Below the pieces are notes generated by a model. It worked only from the letters and a program-made list of their open reading frames with translations, did not search any database and was not told the DNA's origin. A program made the translations under genes and the position numbers. A stretch of 64,000 nucleotides of DNA, taken from Lobosporangium transversale (taxonomy: Eukaryota). Location of the stretch: assembly GCF_002105155.1 (NCBI RefSeq), contig NW_019028992.1, forward strand, positions 496,001-560,000, written 5' to 3'. Positions 1 through 12,415 of this stretch are shown here, piece after piece. Numbering within the stretch: position 1 is the stretch's first letter; every line of letters begins with the position of its first letter.

Positions 1-962
1 GGAAGTACTGGAAGACGATGCTGCTGCTGCCTCTGCTTCTGCAGCCTTTTCTCTCTCAAGCTCTAGTTCTTCTTCCTCCGTGACAATTCGACCTCGTGAC
101 AAGAAACCTCCCATAGTCCTGCGTTGCTTCTCCTCTGCTTCCTTGGACATTTTCTTTAGTTTTTCCAGTTCTGCTTTGACTCCAGGAACTAAATTTTATA
201 TTTTATACAAGCGATATGTTTTACCGATCATTATCCTCATTCTCATCCTTATTCTCTTGGCCTTTCCTTTTTGCTCAAGTTGTTTGCAAAATAAAAAATA
301 AAAAATAAAAATAAAAAAAGACTTACCATTCTCACCCAAACTCAAGAAATCAGCTTCTGCTCCTGCAATATTTCCTTCTGCAGATTTGGCTTGACCACGA
401 CGGAACTTTGCCTTGACATTATCAGGATCATTCTTTAATGCAGAATTACAAACATCAATGGCTCGTTTATAGTTATTCCGCTTGAGATGGCAAGCAGCCA
501 TGTTGGCATACACTACTGCCAGGTTGGTTTTGATCACATTCTTTTGTTCCTCACTGACTTGTCCATTTTGAGGATTCATGGCCGACATCATTGGGACCCC
601 TGCCATCTGGTTATCCAAGCCGCTCAACGCAAGAATAGCCTAGAATTCATTATAAAAAGTGGTGAGGGTAGTGTATTTATTGCCAACTTTTTTTCTTTTT
701 TTTTTATGATCAGAGTATGCTTCTCAAATTAGATGACATACGATATGATACTGCTTGAGAGCTATGGCAGATTGAATTTGTTTATGAATTATAAAAATCA
801 ATAATGGTATAGAATGTTAGGTTAAATAATAAGAGACCTTTTGAATTAGTCACTTTGCACTTTTTGAATTGTACCATTATGAATGTCGCCTTGTTTGAAT
901 GCCTCGTTGCCCATGTCCTTGCTTGCCAAAGCAGAAGTAATCTTGTCCTGTAAGGTAGCCAT
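1..962 (-). CDS. TPR-repeat protein (FKBP/TTC9-type three-TPR domain), 3' end beyond window
   Basis: Exons 962-875, 761-742, 639-327, 188-<1 with GT-AG introns give MATLQDKITSALASKDMGNEAFKQGDIHNALKQYH...YANMAACHLKRNNYKRAIDVCNSALKNDPDNVKAKFRRGQA, which are typical TPR helices. Confidence 0.85.
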
Positions 963-1741
963 ATTGTAGCTGTGTATATGTGAGTGTATCGAAGGTAATG
1001 TAAATGGAAATGGTTGAAATGTATTTTCTGATGAAAATAAAAAAAAAGGGAAAGAGAGTCTGTGGTGTTTTAACAGAGAAAGAAAAAGAAATCGACGGAA
1101 CAATTGGGCGAAAGAAAAAAAAATATTTTTCTCGACCTGTTGACTTTGGGCGACTGTTCGGACTCCATGTGGTACTGTATAAACACCTGAACACTACCAC
1201 ATGTCATTGGCTACTCTACGTCCCTTAAACAATATTCCTAGCATACAGCTGAACTTTTGCAAGGGATGTGCCAATGCTTCGACAAACATGTAACATTTAA
1301 TGGCTACATCACAGCCCTTGGATTGTGGAAGCGCTGAAAGTATGCGGAAAACGGGAACCATTTGTGTTTTTACTAGCAACAAGCGTGGTTTCAAAAAAGT
1401 TTGCCTCCAAGGAACAAATCCTATATCCTTCATTGCTCAAAAGAGACAATCCTGTCTTTTCTGCACCCCAAAAGCTCGCCATAATCCTATTGAAGCGTTC
1501 AGAGGCATTATTTGCCTCATAGTTTGAGGATTAGCAGACTTTCAGTCAAGTTTTATTGTTTTGAACAACACAGTAAATCCTGTCCATTCGAAGTTAGTCC
1601 CTTTGGATGGCAGCTATTCAGGGGATGCTAATCAATTCCGCAGATTTGGAAAACCAACAAACATCGAACAGTCGCCTTGGAGCGTTCGCGTGCAGACTCT
1701 TTAAATCTATTTTGCCACCAATCGATCTTCAGTATTTTGAT

Positions 1742-1779
<38 letters not shown>

Positions 1780-2084
1780 ACATTGTAATTGTACATGTAA
1801 AAAAGCTGATCTTGCTCGAACCACAGAATCACATCGATTCTCCCTCAATCTGTCTATCTCACATCGACATTCTCGTGCATGGACACAATTGTCTCTGAAC
1901 AAATAATTACATTTATTGGGCTACAAAGGTTTGGGCATTAGAATTTTTACAAGAGGATAGGAGATGGATGATGTTGAACATTGACCATGAACTTTGTTGA
2001 TATAGAAAGAGCGGCTCAAGTCAAATCTCTTGAAGGGGCAGTTGTTGAAGAAAGTTTGCCCGGTGCTAAATGACCGGGCACACA

Positions 2085-2582
2085 CTAATACTTCAGAATG
2101 ATGTAGAAGGCGTGAATGATTCCTAAAAGGCAGATTTTGTAAAAATTATTGTATAACCGTTAGACTCACGCTCACATCATTGGCGAATCAAAATATCTCC
2201 TATCCCAATGCATCAGGGTTAAGACTGATCCCACAATAGGATAATAGCAGCAACTGGACGCGTTTAGACAAGAGAGAGAAAGAGAAAGAGACGTACCAGG
2301 AATATAACCTAGGATGGTCAGCACGATGTTGATCAAGAGGTCACTATCGCATCCTTTCTACTCGATGAAAAAAATGGTAAAAAGAACAAGCCAAAAAGAA
2401 GTATTGTTAGTTGATTGATAGACATATTAAATATAAAGTCTTTTTTTTTCTTTTTGGCTCGCGAACGAAAAGTATCATAAGTAATTAAAATGGTTTTTTG
2501 CTTTTACCTCCATAAAAACTCCCAGAGGAGGGAGAACGACGGCAAAGATGAACTTGCAAATGTCACCAGCTGTAAGGGCCAT
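2085..2582 (-). CDS. PMP3: Plasma membrane proteolipid 3 (Pmp3/RCI2 family), 57 aa; absent from ORF track
   Basis: Exons 2582-2508, 2357-2297, 2122-2085 give MALTAGDICKFIFAVVLPPLGVFMEKGCDSDLLINIVLTILGYIPGIIHAFYIILKY*, with the family motifs LPPLGV and LTILGYIPGIIHA. Confidence 0.95.
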
Positions 2583-3949
2583 GATTGTAGTTGTAGTTGT
2601 AGTTGTAGTTGTTACTGTTGTTGTTTGTGAACAAGTTTAAATATAATGAATGTGAATGAGTGAATGTTGAATGAAGAAAGGAAGAATGGAGACAGGAGGA
2701 CTCTTTTTATATGGTTTCCCTGGAGCTAAAAAAAAAAAAAAAAAAAAAAAAAAATGGTCTGAGCTGTAATTATGAACATGATTATATCATTCGTTTTGAG
2801 AGAATTTTAATTCAAAAAGACAAATATAAATGTAAGACGATCTACGCCCATAACCGTCATCCATCCTATTACGCTTATTACGGATGAATATCTTTTTTGG
2901 CTTACATGGTCAACCTCCCTTGTTGACAACGAACCCAAAAATAAAATAAGTAAACAGCAATCATTCCTGTGATTCCTTTCTTCCTATTTCAGGATCAAAA
3001 GATTAATTTCGGGTCTCTTGTGATTTGTGCTCTCTGTTGTCACCGTGTCATCATCATTTTTTCATATCATGGTTCATTACTCAATCATTATGGCAGGGGA
3101 TCTTCCGGATTTGCTCTGGAGCACATTTCCTTTTTGGTTTCACATGTTTATGACTTTACAACGTCTCTCCCTTGCAATGCAAAAATATTTTGAAGGAAGC
3201 ATCACTGGGATAGATCACAGAAATGGTGTTCTGGGTTTAGCCGGCAGGGACTTAAACATGTATTCGATTCATTCAAACGCAGGCACACTCTGAAGTCTAC
3301 TCTTCTTAGACAAACCATTTGTAAATGCAGGAACAGCCAAGAATGACCATTAAGTAAGATTAACAACAGCTTTAGGAAAGACATTGTCTTCCCATTCTAC
3401 CATTCTGCAACTGCTACTCCTGTTGTTGATTAAGACTATTTTGCAGCAGGCTCCGTATGGCATAAGAAACAAATGTTTGGCTGAAGCTGTAGGATATGAA
3501 GGTTTGGAAGCAATTTAAGAGATCTTTCCTACTTCCAATCCCAAGACATGTTAAATGAGCCTTTTTTCTTTGTCTCAACGACAACAAAAACAGCCAGTTA
3601 TAAATCTCTGCATTGACATTTTTGACTGTGGGAGTTGATTGATTCAAACAAAAATACCCATGTCTCTCGAGTGGGTTACACGCCGCAGTAGCCCTACATT
3701 ATGCACAATCTAAACAAGTCTATAGCCCCTTACAAATCATCGCATTAAGCATTGGGCCCCTATCCCATAATACAAAATGGCATAAAGTTGCAAACTAAAG
3801 CTTTTTTTCTTATTACGCTTGTTGTCATAATTCATGGCAGAGAATTTTTAGAAAGCGCACGGACCACGAAAATAACGTATCTTAGTGGCTTTTATCTTTC
3901 TTCATTTCAATCGGACGTGGAAAAAAAGTGTTTAGATTCGCTTGAAACA

Positions 3950-4451
3950 ATGTCTAAGAGATCCATGAATGAGAACGACCCGATTCAACTAGTCAAGGAC
4001 GAAGTCATTGTCTTGGAAGAGGATGTTGGAATAGAGACAGAAACACAACATCACAGATTTATGCGTGCAGCATTGGAACTGGTAAACAAAGATATTTCTT
4101 CTCGGAGCAAGTGAATTCATTTACTGAATTATAATCAAAAACAGGACCTCCCTTTGTCTAATATTAATACTTATCATTATATATGTTATATACATATATA
4201 TATTGATAGGCTGAAGAGGCACATTCTGTGAATGAAGTACCAGTGGGATGTGTTTTTATCTATAATCCAACCGGGAAGATTATTGGCAAAGGCAGGAATA
4301 GGACCAACGAGAGTCTGAATGTAAGAAAAACTTAATAGCTCTCTCGAATGGGAAACAGAAAAAAAAAAAAAAAAAAAAAAAAAAGAAGGAATGATATAGG
4401 GCAAATTGGTTAATTGTCTATTCCCTCCTTAAGTCTTGACTTAATCCTATA

Positions 4452-4487
<36 letters not shown>

Positions 4488-4697
4488 CGGACTTGAAGGG
4501 CACGCGTCATGCAGAATTCGAAGCAATCGATATGATCTTGGCACAGGACGGATATAAAGCACTAGCACAGGACCCTTCCAAGAACTTTTGGAGAGATGTG
4601 ACCCTATATGTGACCATTGAACCGTGTGTCATGTGTGCTAGTGCTCTTCGTCAACTTGGTAAATTATTACGTGCATTTTAGTATCATTTATTGAATG

Positions 4698-4734
<37 letters not shown>

Positions 4735-5231
4735 TGGTATTAATAAAGAAGCTATATTATTCTAATAATTGTGATAGGGATTGGTCAGGTCTATTTTGGT
4801 GCTGGTAATGATCGTTTTGGAGGCAATGGATCAGTGTTCCAGATTCATCAGGAGTAAGTCATGAATAACAGGAAGACAAGGCTGACAAGCATAAAAGAAA
4901 AAAAAATCCCCAGTGATTAGGACTATCTGATCATTAACCGGGATTTCCTACATATTTCATGTTTAATTACAGTTCCAACCTCCCGCATTCGAACTACCCC
5001 TCGGAAGGAGGTTATCTCCGGGCCCCAGCAATTCTAATCCTGCGTAGATTTTATGTTGGAGAAAATATGCATGGTAAGGAAAAAAAAATAATTTGCAAGG
5101 ATCTCTATTTTTCATTCAATCTTTTCCTAAAAGGATACTGATCATAAAAAACAAACTTTTTTTCTATGATTTGATTATTAGCGCCTGACCCCAAGAAGAA
5201 GAAGCACCGTATTGTCAAAAAGGATCTTTAA
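3950..5231 (+). CDS. TAD2: tRNA-specific adenosine-34 deaminase catalytic subunit
   Basis: Exons 3950-4081, 4210-4320, 4499-4658, 4778-4853, 4973-5073, 5182-5231. Motifs EVPVGCVF, GRNRTNE, HAE, EPCVMC, FGAGNDRFGGNGSV, FYVGEN. Confidence 0.93.
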
Positions 5232-5651
5232 ATAATGGCTTTAAAAGCTGTATGGGTTTGCTGCTTGGGTGAGATTCGATATATATATATAAGCCTATAT
5301 CTGTACCCGTGGGAAGGGAAAAAAAAAATGTACAGCACAAAAGGATCAACATGGAACTGTGCCAAGGGCCGCAATTGAAACTATAAGAGCAACAGCAACC
5401 AAGGCTGCTGTACCCTCTCATCTTGCCTGGGTACTGTGTGACATTGCAGCAGTTGTGGTTCCCTAAAATAAGATCGCTCCTTTGAGAGCTGCTTTTTCTT
5501 TTTAATTTTAAAAAGACGCGCTTTTCTCAATTATTTGAGGATAAGAACATTTCCTTTCGCTTCTCTCCTACTCTTCGCTGTTCATTTCACTCATTCACCT
5601 TCTCATTTCGATTACATCCCTATTCACACAAAGCAAAAGAAAAGATAAAAC

Positions 5652-6767
5652 ATGGCTGAGACATGGCAAGCATACGTTGATTCTAATATGGTTGGCACTG
5701 GCAAGGTGACCAAGGGCGCTATTTTTGGTCTTGCAGGCAGTTTATGGGCACGTTCACCTACCTTGACTGTAAGAGGAATTCCTAATGACAATTGAATGGA
5801 ATGCAGAAACCATCCACGTGCTATTTTTTCCCCCTGAAAAAAAAACATTTCAAGCATATCGACTATCTACTGGCCCATTCTACGACAGTACCAAACAAAA
5901 TAAATTACTAACCATATCCTACCTACCTCTTTCTATCATTTAATCCTCTACTCCTCTACTCCTCTACTCCTCTACTCTACTCCTCTACTCCTCTTCGTCT
6001 CTATGGGATAAACATAGACCTCATTAGAAGAAGCCCGACAGCTAATTAAAGCTTTCGAAGATCCAAAAGATATCGCAGCAAATGGTCTATATTTGGAAGG
6101 TCGAAAGTATGTTCTCCTTCGGAGTGATAATAGTAGCATTTATGCTCGTGTTGTAAGTGAATACACATTTCAATATAAAAGACCCACCCACTCCCAGCTT
6201 ACATTAATAACGTTGTATGTACTATTAAGAGAGAGAGCCCAGTTTGACGCAAGGGCTCCCCAAAATGAATGTGATTGATCTATTTCTATCGTAAATACCA
6301 TGCCATGCTCTACCACGTTATTCTATGCTACACCACCAAAACGTCATCTCCTGCTAGTAACACTGCCACCCCCATCACCATAGTCACCAAGCAGTTCACT
6401 TCCACACATCATAACAGCATTAGTCTGCAAGGCGGAAAGTGATCCAAAAAAATAAAAATAAAAAATAAAAAACAAGAATAATAAGGTGGACAAGATGGGT
6501 AGTACCTCCAAGAAGAAGAGTAAAGAGTAAGCTAACAACCTTTTACATTCCTTCATTTCCTTCTTTATTGTACTTTATCTGTCTTGAAATAATAATCGAC
6601 CATCGCTCTTCTAGGCATCTTCAGGAGTTGTTTGTGTGAAAACTATTCAAGCGGTCTTGGTCGGATTTTATGATGGTGGCATGCAACCCGGCGATTGTAC
6701 TGTAGTCATGGAGGTATTAGCCGACTATCTTCGTCGAAATGGATACGTAGGTGTTTTTACAAAATAA
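5652..6767 (+). CDS. PFY1: Profilin (C-terminal exon uncertain)
   Basis: Exons 5652-5768, 6019-6151, 6615-6767 give MAETWQAYVDSNMVGTGKVTKGAIFG...GLYLEGRKY...GVVCVKTIQAVLVGFY...LADYLRRNGY. Confidence 0.9.
5945..5995 (+). repeat. Minisatellite (CCTCTACT)n, about 6 units, in profilin intron 1
   Basis: Direct reading: cctctactcctctactcctctactcctctactctactcctctactcc. Confidence 0.85.
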
Positions 6768-7215
6768 TATATCGAACAAAAGGCCATAACGACCAATGAT
6801 ACATATATGTTAACATGGATGAGATGACATTATTTAACAAAAAGCTCTTCTTTTCATGTTGGATATATTTAATAGTAAAAAAAAAATCCATGGAGTCCTG
6901 ACAGACAAGTTCACAGGGACAGGAACTTGCATTGTTTATTTTCATATTCAGCATTCTCATCTTTTTTATTTCTTCATCTTACATCCTCTGCCCCCTCCGT
7001 TGCCCCAACATCCTCTCTTTTCTTCATTTTGCCTTCCTTTGATGTAGAGCATCAATGGACATTTGATATTACATACTTGTATTCAATAAAAATTCATTTC
7101 AAAGCTAACAAAATCCGGAATGTGGCTTGGATTGCCTTCGCCCAAAAAAATAATATAAAAAGATTTCCAGTATAGAAGAAACAAACAAAAAAGTAACGAT
7201 CTCCATTCGTTCGTG

Positions 7216-8591
7216 ATGCCTCCAAAATTACCAAAGCTTGTTCCATGGCATTCACCTACAGAATTCATTCAGGTTCATCAATGGTTCTATCCACCTTCTA
7301 CTGAAGATGGTACTCCTGATATCCAGGCACAAGAACGTGCCCTTCGACGAGTATGTTCCTATTTCTCTTCCTCCTTCTCCTCCTCCAATATTTGAACTTG
7401 GGCTATTGCACTGCTTCAGATAGATCTTTGTCTATAAAGACACACAAGTTAAATAACATGAATATATCCTATTTATCGATTTGACAATTATTATACAGGT
7501 GAGAGCATGGGAAGCACGCGGAAAACTGCCCCATGCAATCGATTCTACAGCTTCCTTTGTGGGCGTTGAAGTTCGTGATTGGACTCAAACCTGTTCCGAT
7601 CAGGATCTGCGGCTCTTATACTCCATGGTCTTTATTCGCTTTGTCAATGGCTATGTCGATGCATTCCAGTCTTCGAAGGCTGCGAAATCAATTGCTTATT
7701 TAGCTGTGGAAAAAGTGGGGATGCCCATTCACTTTGTTGAACTTCGACATACTGCCACCCATGATTATCTACCCAGTTTGGCTACTCTTCGGAATGCTAC
7801 TCAACAGGTTAGCTAGCTTTTGACTTTTACTATAAATATGTGTGTGTGTGTGTGTGTATGTGCGTGTATTGACAAACCTCATTTTTTTAATTTTCTTTCA
7901 TCAGGCATTGCAATGGATCAACGACAACTACTGGATTCCACAACTTGTATCCATCAGGATGGATGAAGTATTGCCGCCAGAAATGACCACGGCTATGACC
8001 GAAGATGTCCGTCTTATGATAGAGAGCTATAAAAACGAAAAGGAGCGCCAGATAGAAGGTAAAAAAAAAAAAAAAAAAAAAATCCAACCAATTCAAACTG
8101 AAGCGAAAAAGCATTTCGAAAAGGCTTGACACCACCTTTTTTTTTTATCCTTTTAGAAAATACACTACCCCAGCCAAAGTCTGAGGCTTTAATTCTTAAT
8201 CGACTTGTTCGGGACCTCATAAAACGCTGTCGATCAGGCGACGATCTATTAGATTGTCTCATCCCTATCCTATTAGAACCAGGGATGTTAGTCCCTAAGA
8301 GTAAGAAGGGCCGTTCTACTGCTCGAGACTTGACTTTGGATAATTTAGGCCGCATGGTCGATTTCTGTTGGATGCCCCTGATGAATAAATTATGTCTGGA
8401 TCTTCGGGAGATCTGTAGTATCAAGGATGGTGAACCCTTGTCCTTTTGGGTCACCCTCATGGACGCCATGTTGGAAAAGCTCATTCAGGCGAATCTTGCT
8501 GTGCAAGCGGCCGCATTGCCAACCGCTACTGCGCAACAGAAGACTGATGCTAAAACAGGGAGTTATCTTATTACTCTACGTATGTTTACTT

Positions 8592-8625
<34 letters not shown>

Positions 8626-9541
8626 TTGAACAAGTAGTGCTTAAATTCTAACTCTTGTTTACTCATTTTATCCACTATTTTATTTTTTATGTATTTACGC
8701 ATCAGTGGCATGGATGAAGCACCTCATAAAACTACACTACACACAATTAGGATCTACCCGTGGGAAATCTACAGCCTCATCGTTCATATCATCAATATCA
8801 TCAATATCATCGACATCTTCCACTCATGCATCTACTTCTACTCCTACTCCACGACTTTCCGTTGCTGCCATGGCTGCTCAGCTTGTTTCCGGCAACAACA
8901 CTGTAAATCAACCACCCATGTTTGAGAATGATGATATTATCAATATTGTCGAGGATTCATTACAGAGTATCCTCGTCCATGTTAGCCCCTTGATCCGCTC
9001 GTTACTCAACACTGTGATTGAATGCGACCCTGAAGTAAAAGAAAAAATCGGCCCTATCCTCAGACAGATTGATCAAAGAATTGTCTCTGCAGGATCATCG
9101 CCATCCACAGTATCCTCTCTATCTGTAGCATCAACAGCCACTACTTTTCCTATTCAAACAACAACAACGACATCTTCATCACTATCATCATCGCCACAAA
9201 CAACAACGTTACTAGATCCGATGTTGATGAAGGGAAAGTTGGAAGAAGAAGCCCAATTTTCAACTCCTCAGGGGGAAGATGTTGATATGACTCTACTCGA
9301 GAATGCTGCAGTATCTTCAGAAATGGACACACAACAGGTTTCAACAGAGGAGTGTAATAGCCATACTGATCAGCAATTAATGCAAGAGTCCGATAAACAA
9401 GTCGCAAATGAGCCCTGGACATTATTTGATGCTGAAACATGGCGGCCATGCCCCATAGGGTGTCTTGCTGGTGGTATTGTCCCAGATCTGTCGCTCCCTT
9501 GGGATTTAGATAGCCCACCCATCGCCCGCATCAGGATCTAA
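7216..9541 (+). CDS. LAS1: Las1 HEPN endoribonuclease (pre-rRNA ITS2 processing)
   Basis: Exons 7216-7350, 7499-7807, 7905-8058, 8158-8579, 8706-9541. Motifs VPW, LPHAIDSTA, IRFVNGYVD, HEPN RHTATH, WINDNYW and C-terminal WRPCPIG. Confidence 0.93.
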
Positions 9542-9862
9542 AATAAAATAAAAATAATAATAAAATTACATCCCTTTCCATAATTCCTTGTATCTATATT
9601 GAATGATCCGTGAACATATTTTTTTAAACTTTTTTTTTATTTATTTCGCATTGTTTGTAGTTCAAAAAGTTTTCTTTGCAACCACTTTGCAGATAAACTA
9701 AAAATTAAAAAATAAAAATTACAAAGATGATAATATAATTAATAAATAACAGAGAAAAAAAAAAAAAAAAACAATCATAGTATGCATTATGCAGTCAACT
9801 ATATCCAAAGGGCATTTTATGACTTACAATACCGATATTTTTTTTTTCCTTTTTTCTTTTTC

Positions 9863-10679
9863 TTAAGCACGTTGAGCAGCACGCTTGCCTGTCTGGGCCT
9901 GGAAACCAGACTTAATGGCCGAAACGGATCTTGTGGATCCACAGGCCTCACATTGCAAGAAGAACAAACGGTTTTCCTTGGTCAAGATCGTATCCGGGGA
10001 CTTGCAAGTCTTGCAGGTGACATACTCGACAATATAACGACGCAAGACAGCCTCAATTTGCTTTTGTTGGAAACGACCCTTGATCACCAAACGTTGCGAT
10101 CCATCAATGGATCCAGAAGTACCCAATTCTGCAAACAAGAATTGGATCACATGCTCAGGCTGACGATGCATCCTCTTACAGATATCTGCAACATTTGCAA
10201 ACACAGTCTTCTTGTTGCCATCACGCATGACTGAAGGTGGAACGATCGTGTAACGTTTCTTCTCCCCTGCCAACTCTGGATTGTTTTGACGCAAGATCTT
10301 GAAAACGCGTGAGAGCAATTCCGTGTAGGTGTAATCACGGTTCGTACCCACCCAACTCTCCTCTGCATCTGCACCACCGGCCTTACCAGCACCAGAGCGT
10401 CCTGCGGCACCTTCCTCATCCTCTGCTGCAAAAATGTCATCAGGGTCACGGGCTCCACCTTCCTCTCCTTCCTGATCCAGACCATCCTCAAAAGCAGAGA
10501 AATCAACCTTCTTTGCCTTTTTCTTCTTCTTCTTCATGTCACCGAAATCAAACGACTCTCCAACGTCGCCGGTAGCGCCTTCCTCACCGCCTTCAGCAGG
10601 AGCAGCAGCAGAAGCATCGTCCTGTGTAAGAGAGAAGGAAAGGAAAGGAGGAAAATAAATAAATGAATATGGTCGGTGC

Positions 10680-10712
<33 letters not shown>

Positions 10713-11334
10713 AGCCTTTTCTATTTTTTTCTTACCTCGACTTTGACTTTTTTCTTCTTCTTCTTCTTCTCACCAAACATTGCCATTGGGTCAATATCCG
10801 CATCATCTGGTAATAATAAACATAGTAATAAATAATAAGTATACAATGAGCCATCTTGTCAACAGAACATAACAAAATAAAGTAATACGGCGTAATATTT
10901 GGAATCGAATATAAAAAGTATATTCAAGTAAGAGAAGATATAGAAAGCAAGTAAATTACCTGCAGCGGGCGCGGCCTCCTGAGCAACTTCAGCACTCTCC
11001 TCAACAGGAGCTTCTTCTGTCTTTTTCGACTTTTTCTTCTTCTTCTTCAAAGAAGGGTCAAATTCGCTCAACTAAACATCGTTTTTTTTTTTTTTTTTTT
11101 ACAAATGGACAATAATAATAAAGTCAGATGAATGGATGAATAAATGAGTCGATCCCAAAAAAAAATAAATAAATAAAGTCATGCTCGAGTCTTAGAAAAA
11201 GGGAAAGTGTTGATCTTTATTTTTTCAAAGATCGATTTTTTTTTTTTTTCCTTTCTCTTTTTGCTGTGAATCCTTACATCAACCTCCTCCTCATTGATTT
11301 CCATGTTTTGAAGTTTTTCTTCGATTTCCGCCAT
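9863..11334 (-). CDS. SUI3: Translation initiation factor eIF2 beta subunit
   Basis: Exons 11334-11278, 11071-10960, 10806-10736, 10621-9863. Three poly-Lys boxes, [15 protein letters not shown]2C2 finger CKTC...CEAC. Confidence 0.96.
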
Positions 11335-12199
11335 TGTATACAGCTGTAAGATGTATGTGTGAGTAAAAAAAAAAAAGAGAGAGAGAGCTTTTATTCAAAG
11401 AAGCTTTTTTTGTAGTGTCCCAGTTTACTCTTTCAAACAGCACACACATCTTTTACGTTCAGTGGCTTGTACAAAATCTTTGCCGCAGTTTCGTAATAAC
11501 CACAACTTCTTTAAAAAATGCCTAGAATCACAAAACAAAGACTATATATATGTATTTACCAGTGTCCGTTTACCTGAGATAGGAAATAAAAGGTCTTTCT
11601 TTTCCTTTTCCCAGACACTTGGATACCGAGAAAAAAAGGTAGTGCCGTTGGAGAGCATCTCACATGGATGGGTGCCGTGGAGACCGCAATGAAATACGGT
11701 GTATTCAGGTCCACTGTTCAAACATAATATCAAGATGTATTGAAAAAAGAGACACTGCATCCGCTAAATACTTCAGCTGGATTGCGGTAAAGAAATCATA
11801 TTTAAACCAAAGAGTATGTAAATAAAACGACTGCAATCCGTCATAAGACACAATTGTTTGTCCATGAGAAGTCTTGTTACATTTTGTATCGAAATCGAAA
11901 TTTTAAAAAACCGCTATGATTTAAGCATCAAAATATATTTGCTTGATCTCCTCTCGTAATCCACTCTACAAATGCACATAATCCTGAAGTCAGAGCACAG
12001 CGTCGAATCGTGCCCAGAGCAGCAAGCCAGGTGCTTCCAATATTTAGCACTTGCAATTCAGGCATTTATTGCGCTGCTCTGACAGCGCTACTTTTTTACA
12101 CTCGAAACAATATGTTAATTTATTAAGAGTCGAGAAGAATATAGAACCAAAAGAAAAAGATAAAAAAAAGACGATTCATCAATAAACAATACAAGTCTT

Positions 12200-12272
12200 C
12201 GAAAACAGACAGAGAGACGGAAAAGACAGATAAACAAACAGACAGATAGACAGATAGACAGGCAGACAGATG
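12200..12272 (+). repeat. Degenerate (AGAC/AGAT)n tetranucleotide repeat
   Basis: acagacagagagacgg...cagataaacaaacagacagatagacagatagacaggcagacaga, in the 3' region of the DEF1-like gene. Confidence 0.7.
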
Positions 12273-12415
12273 AAAAAAGAAAAAAAAATGTAAAATATAA
12301 AAACGCATAAAAAACTATACAAAAAGGACAACTGCCGGCTTATATAAATGAATAGTAATTAAAAAAAAACCCCCCAAATCATGATCTTCATCAAAATAGC
12401 ATCTGGGCAAGAACT

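Noticed and set aside
1748..1776. (TA)n microsatellite and many isolated homopolymer runs
   Set aside because: Common slippage repeats in this AT-rich genome and individually uninformative.
1194..3650. Short ORFs in intergenic segments 1200-1700 and 2970-3650
   Set aside because: No recognisable domain or splice structure. They may be old relics but cannot be supported.
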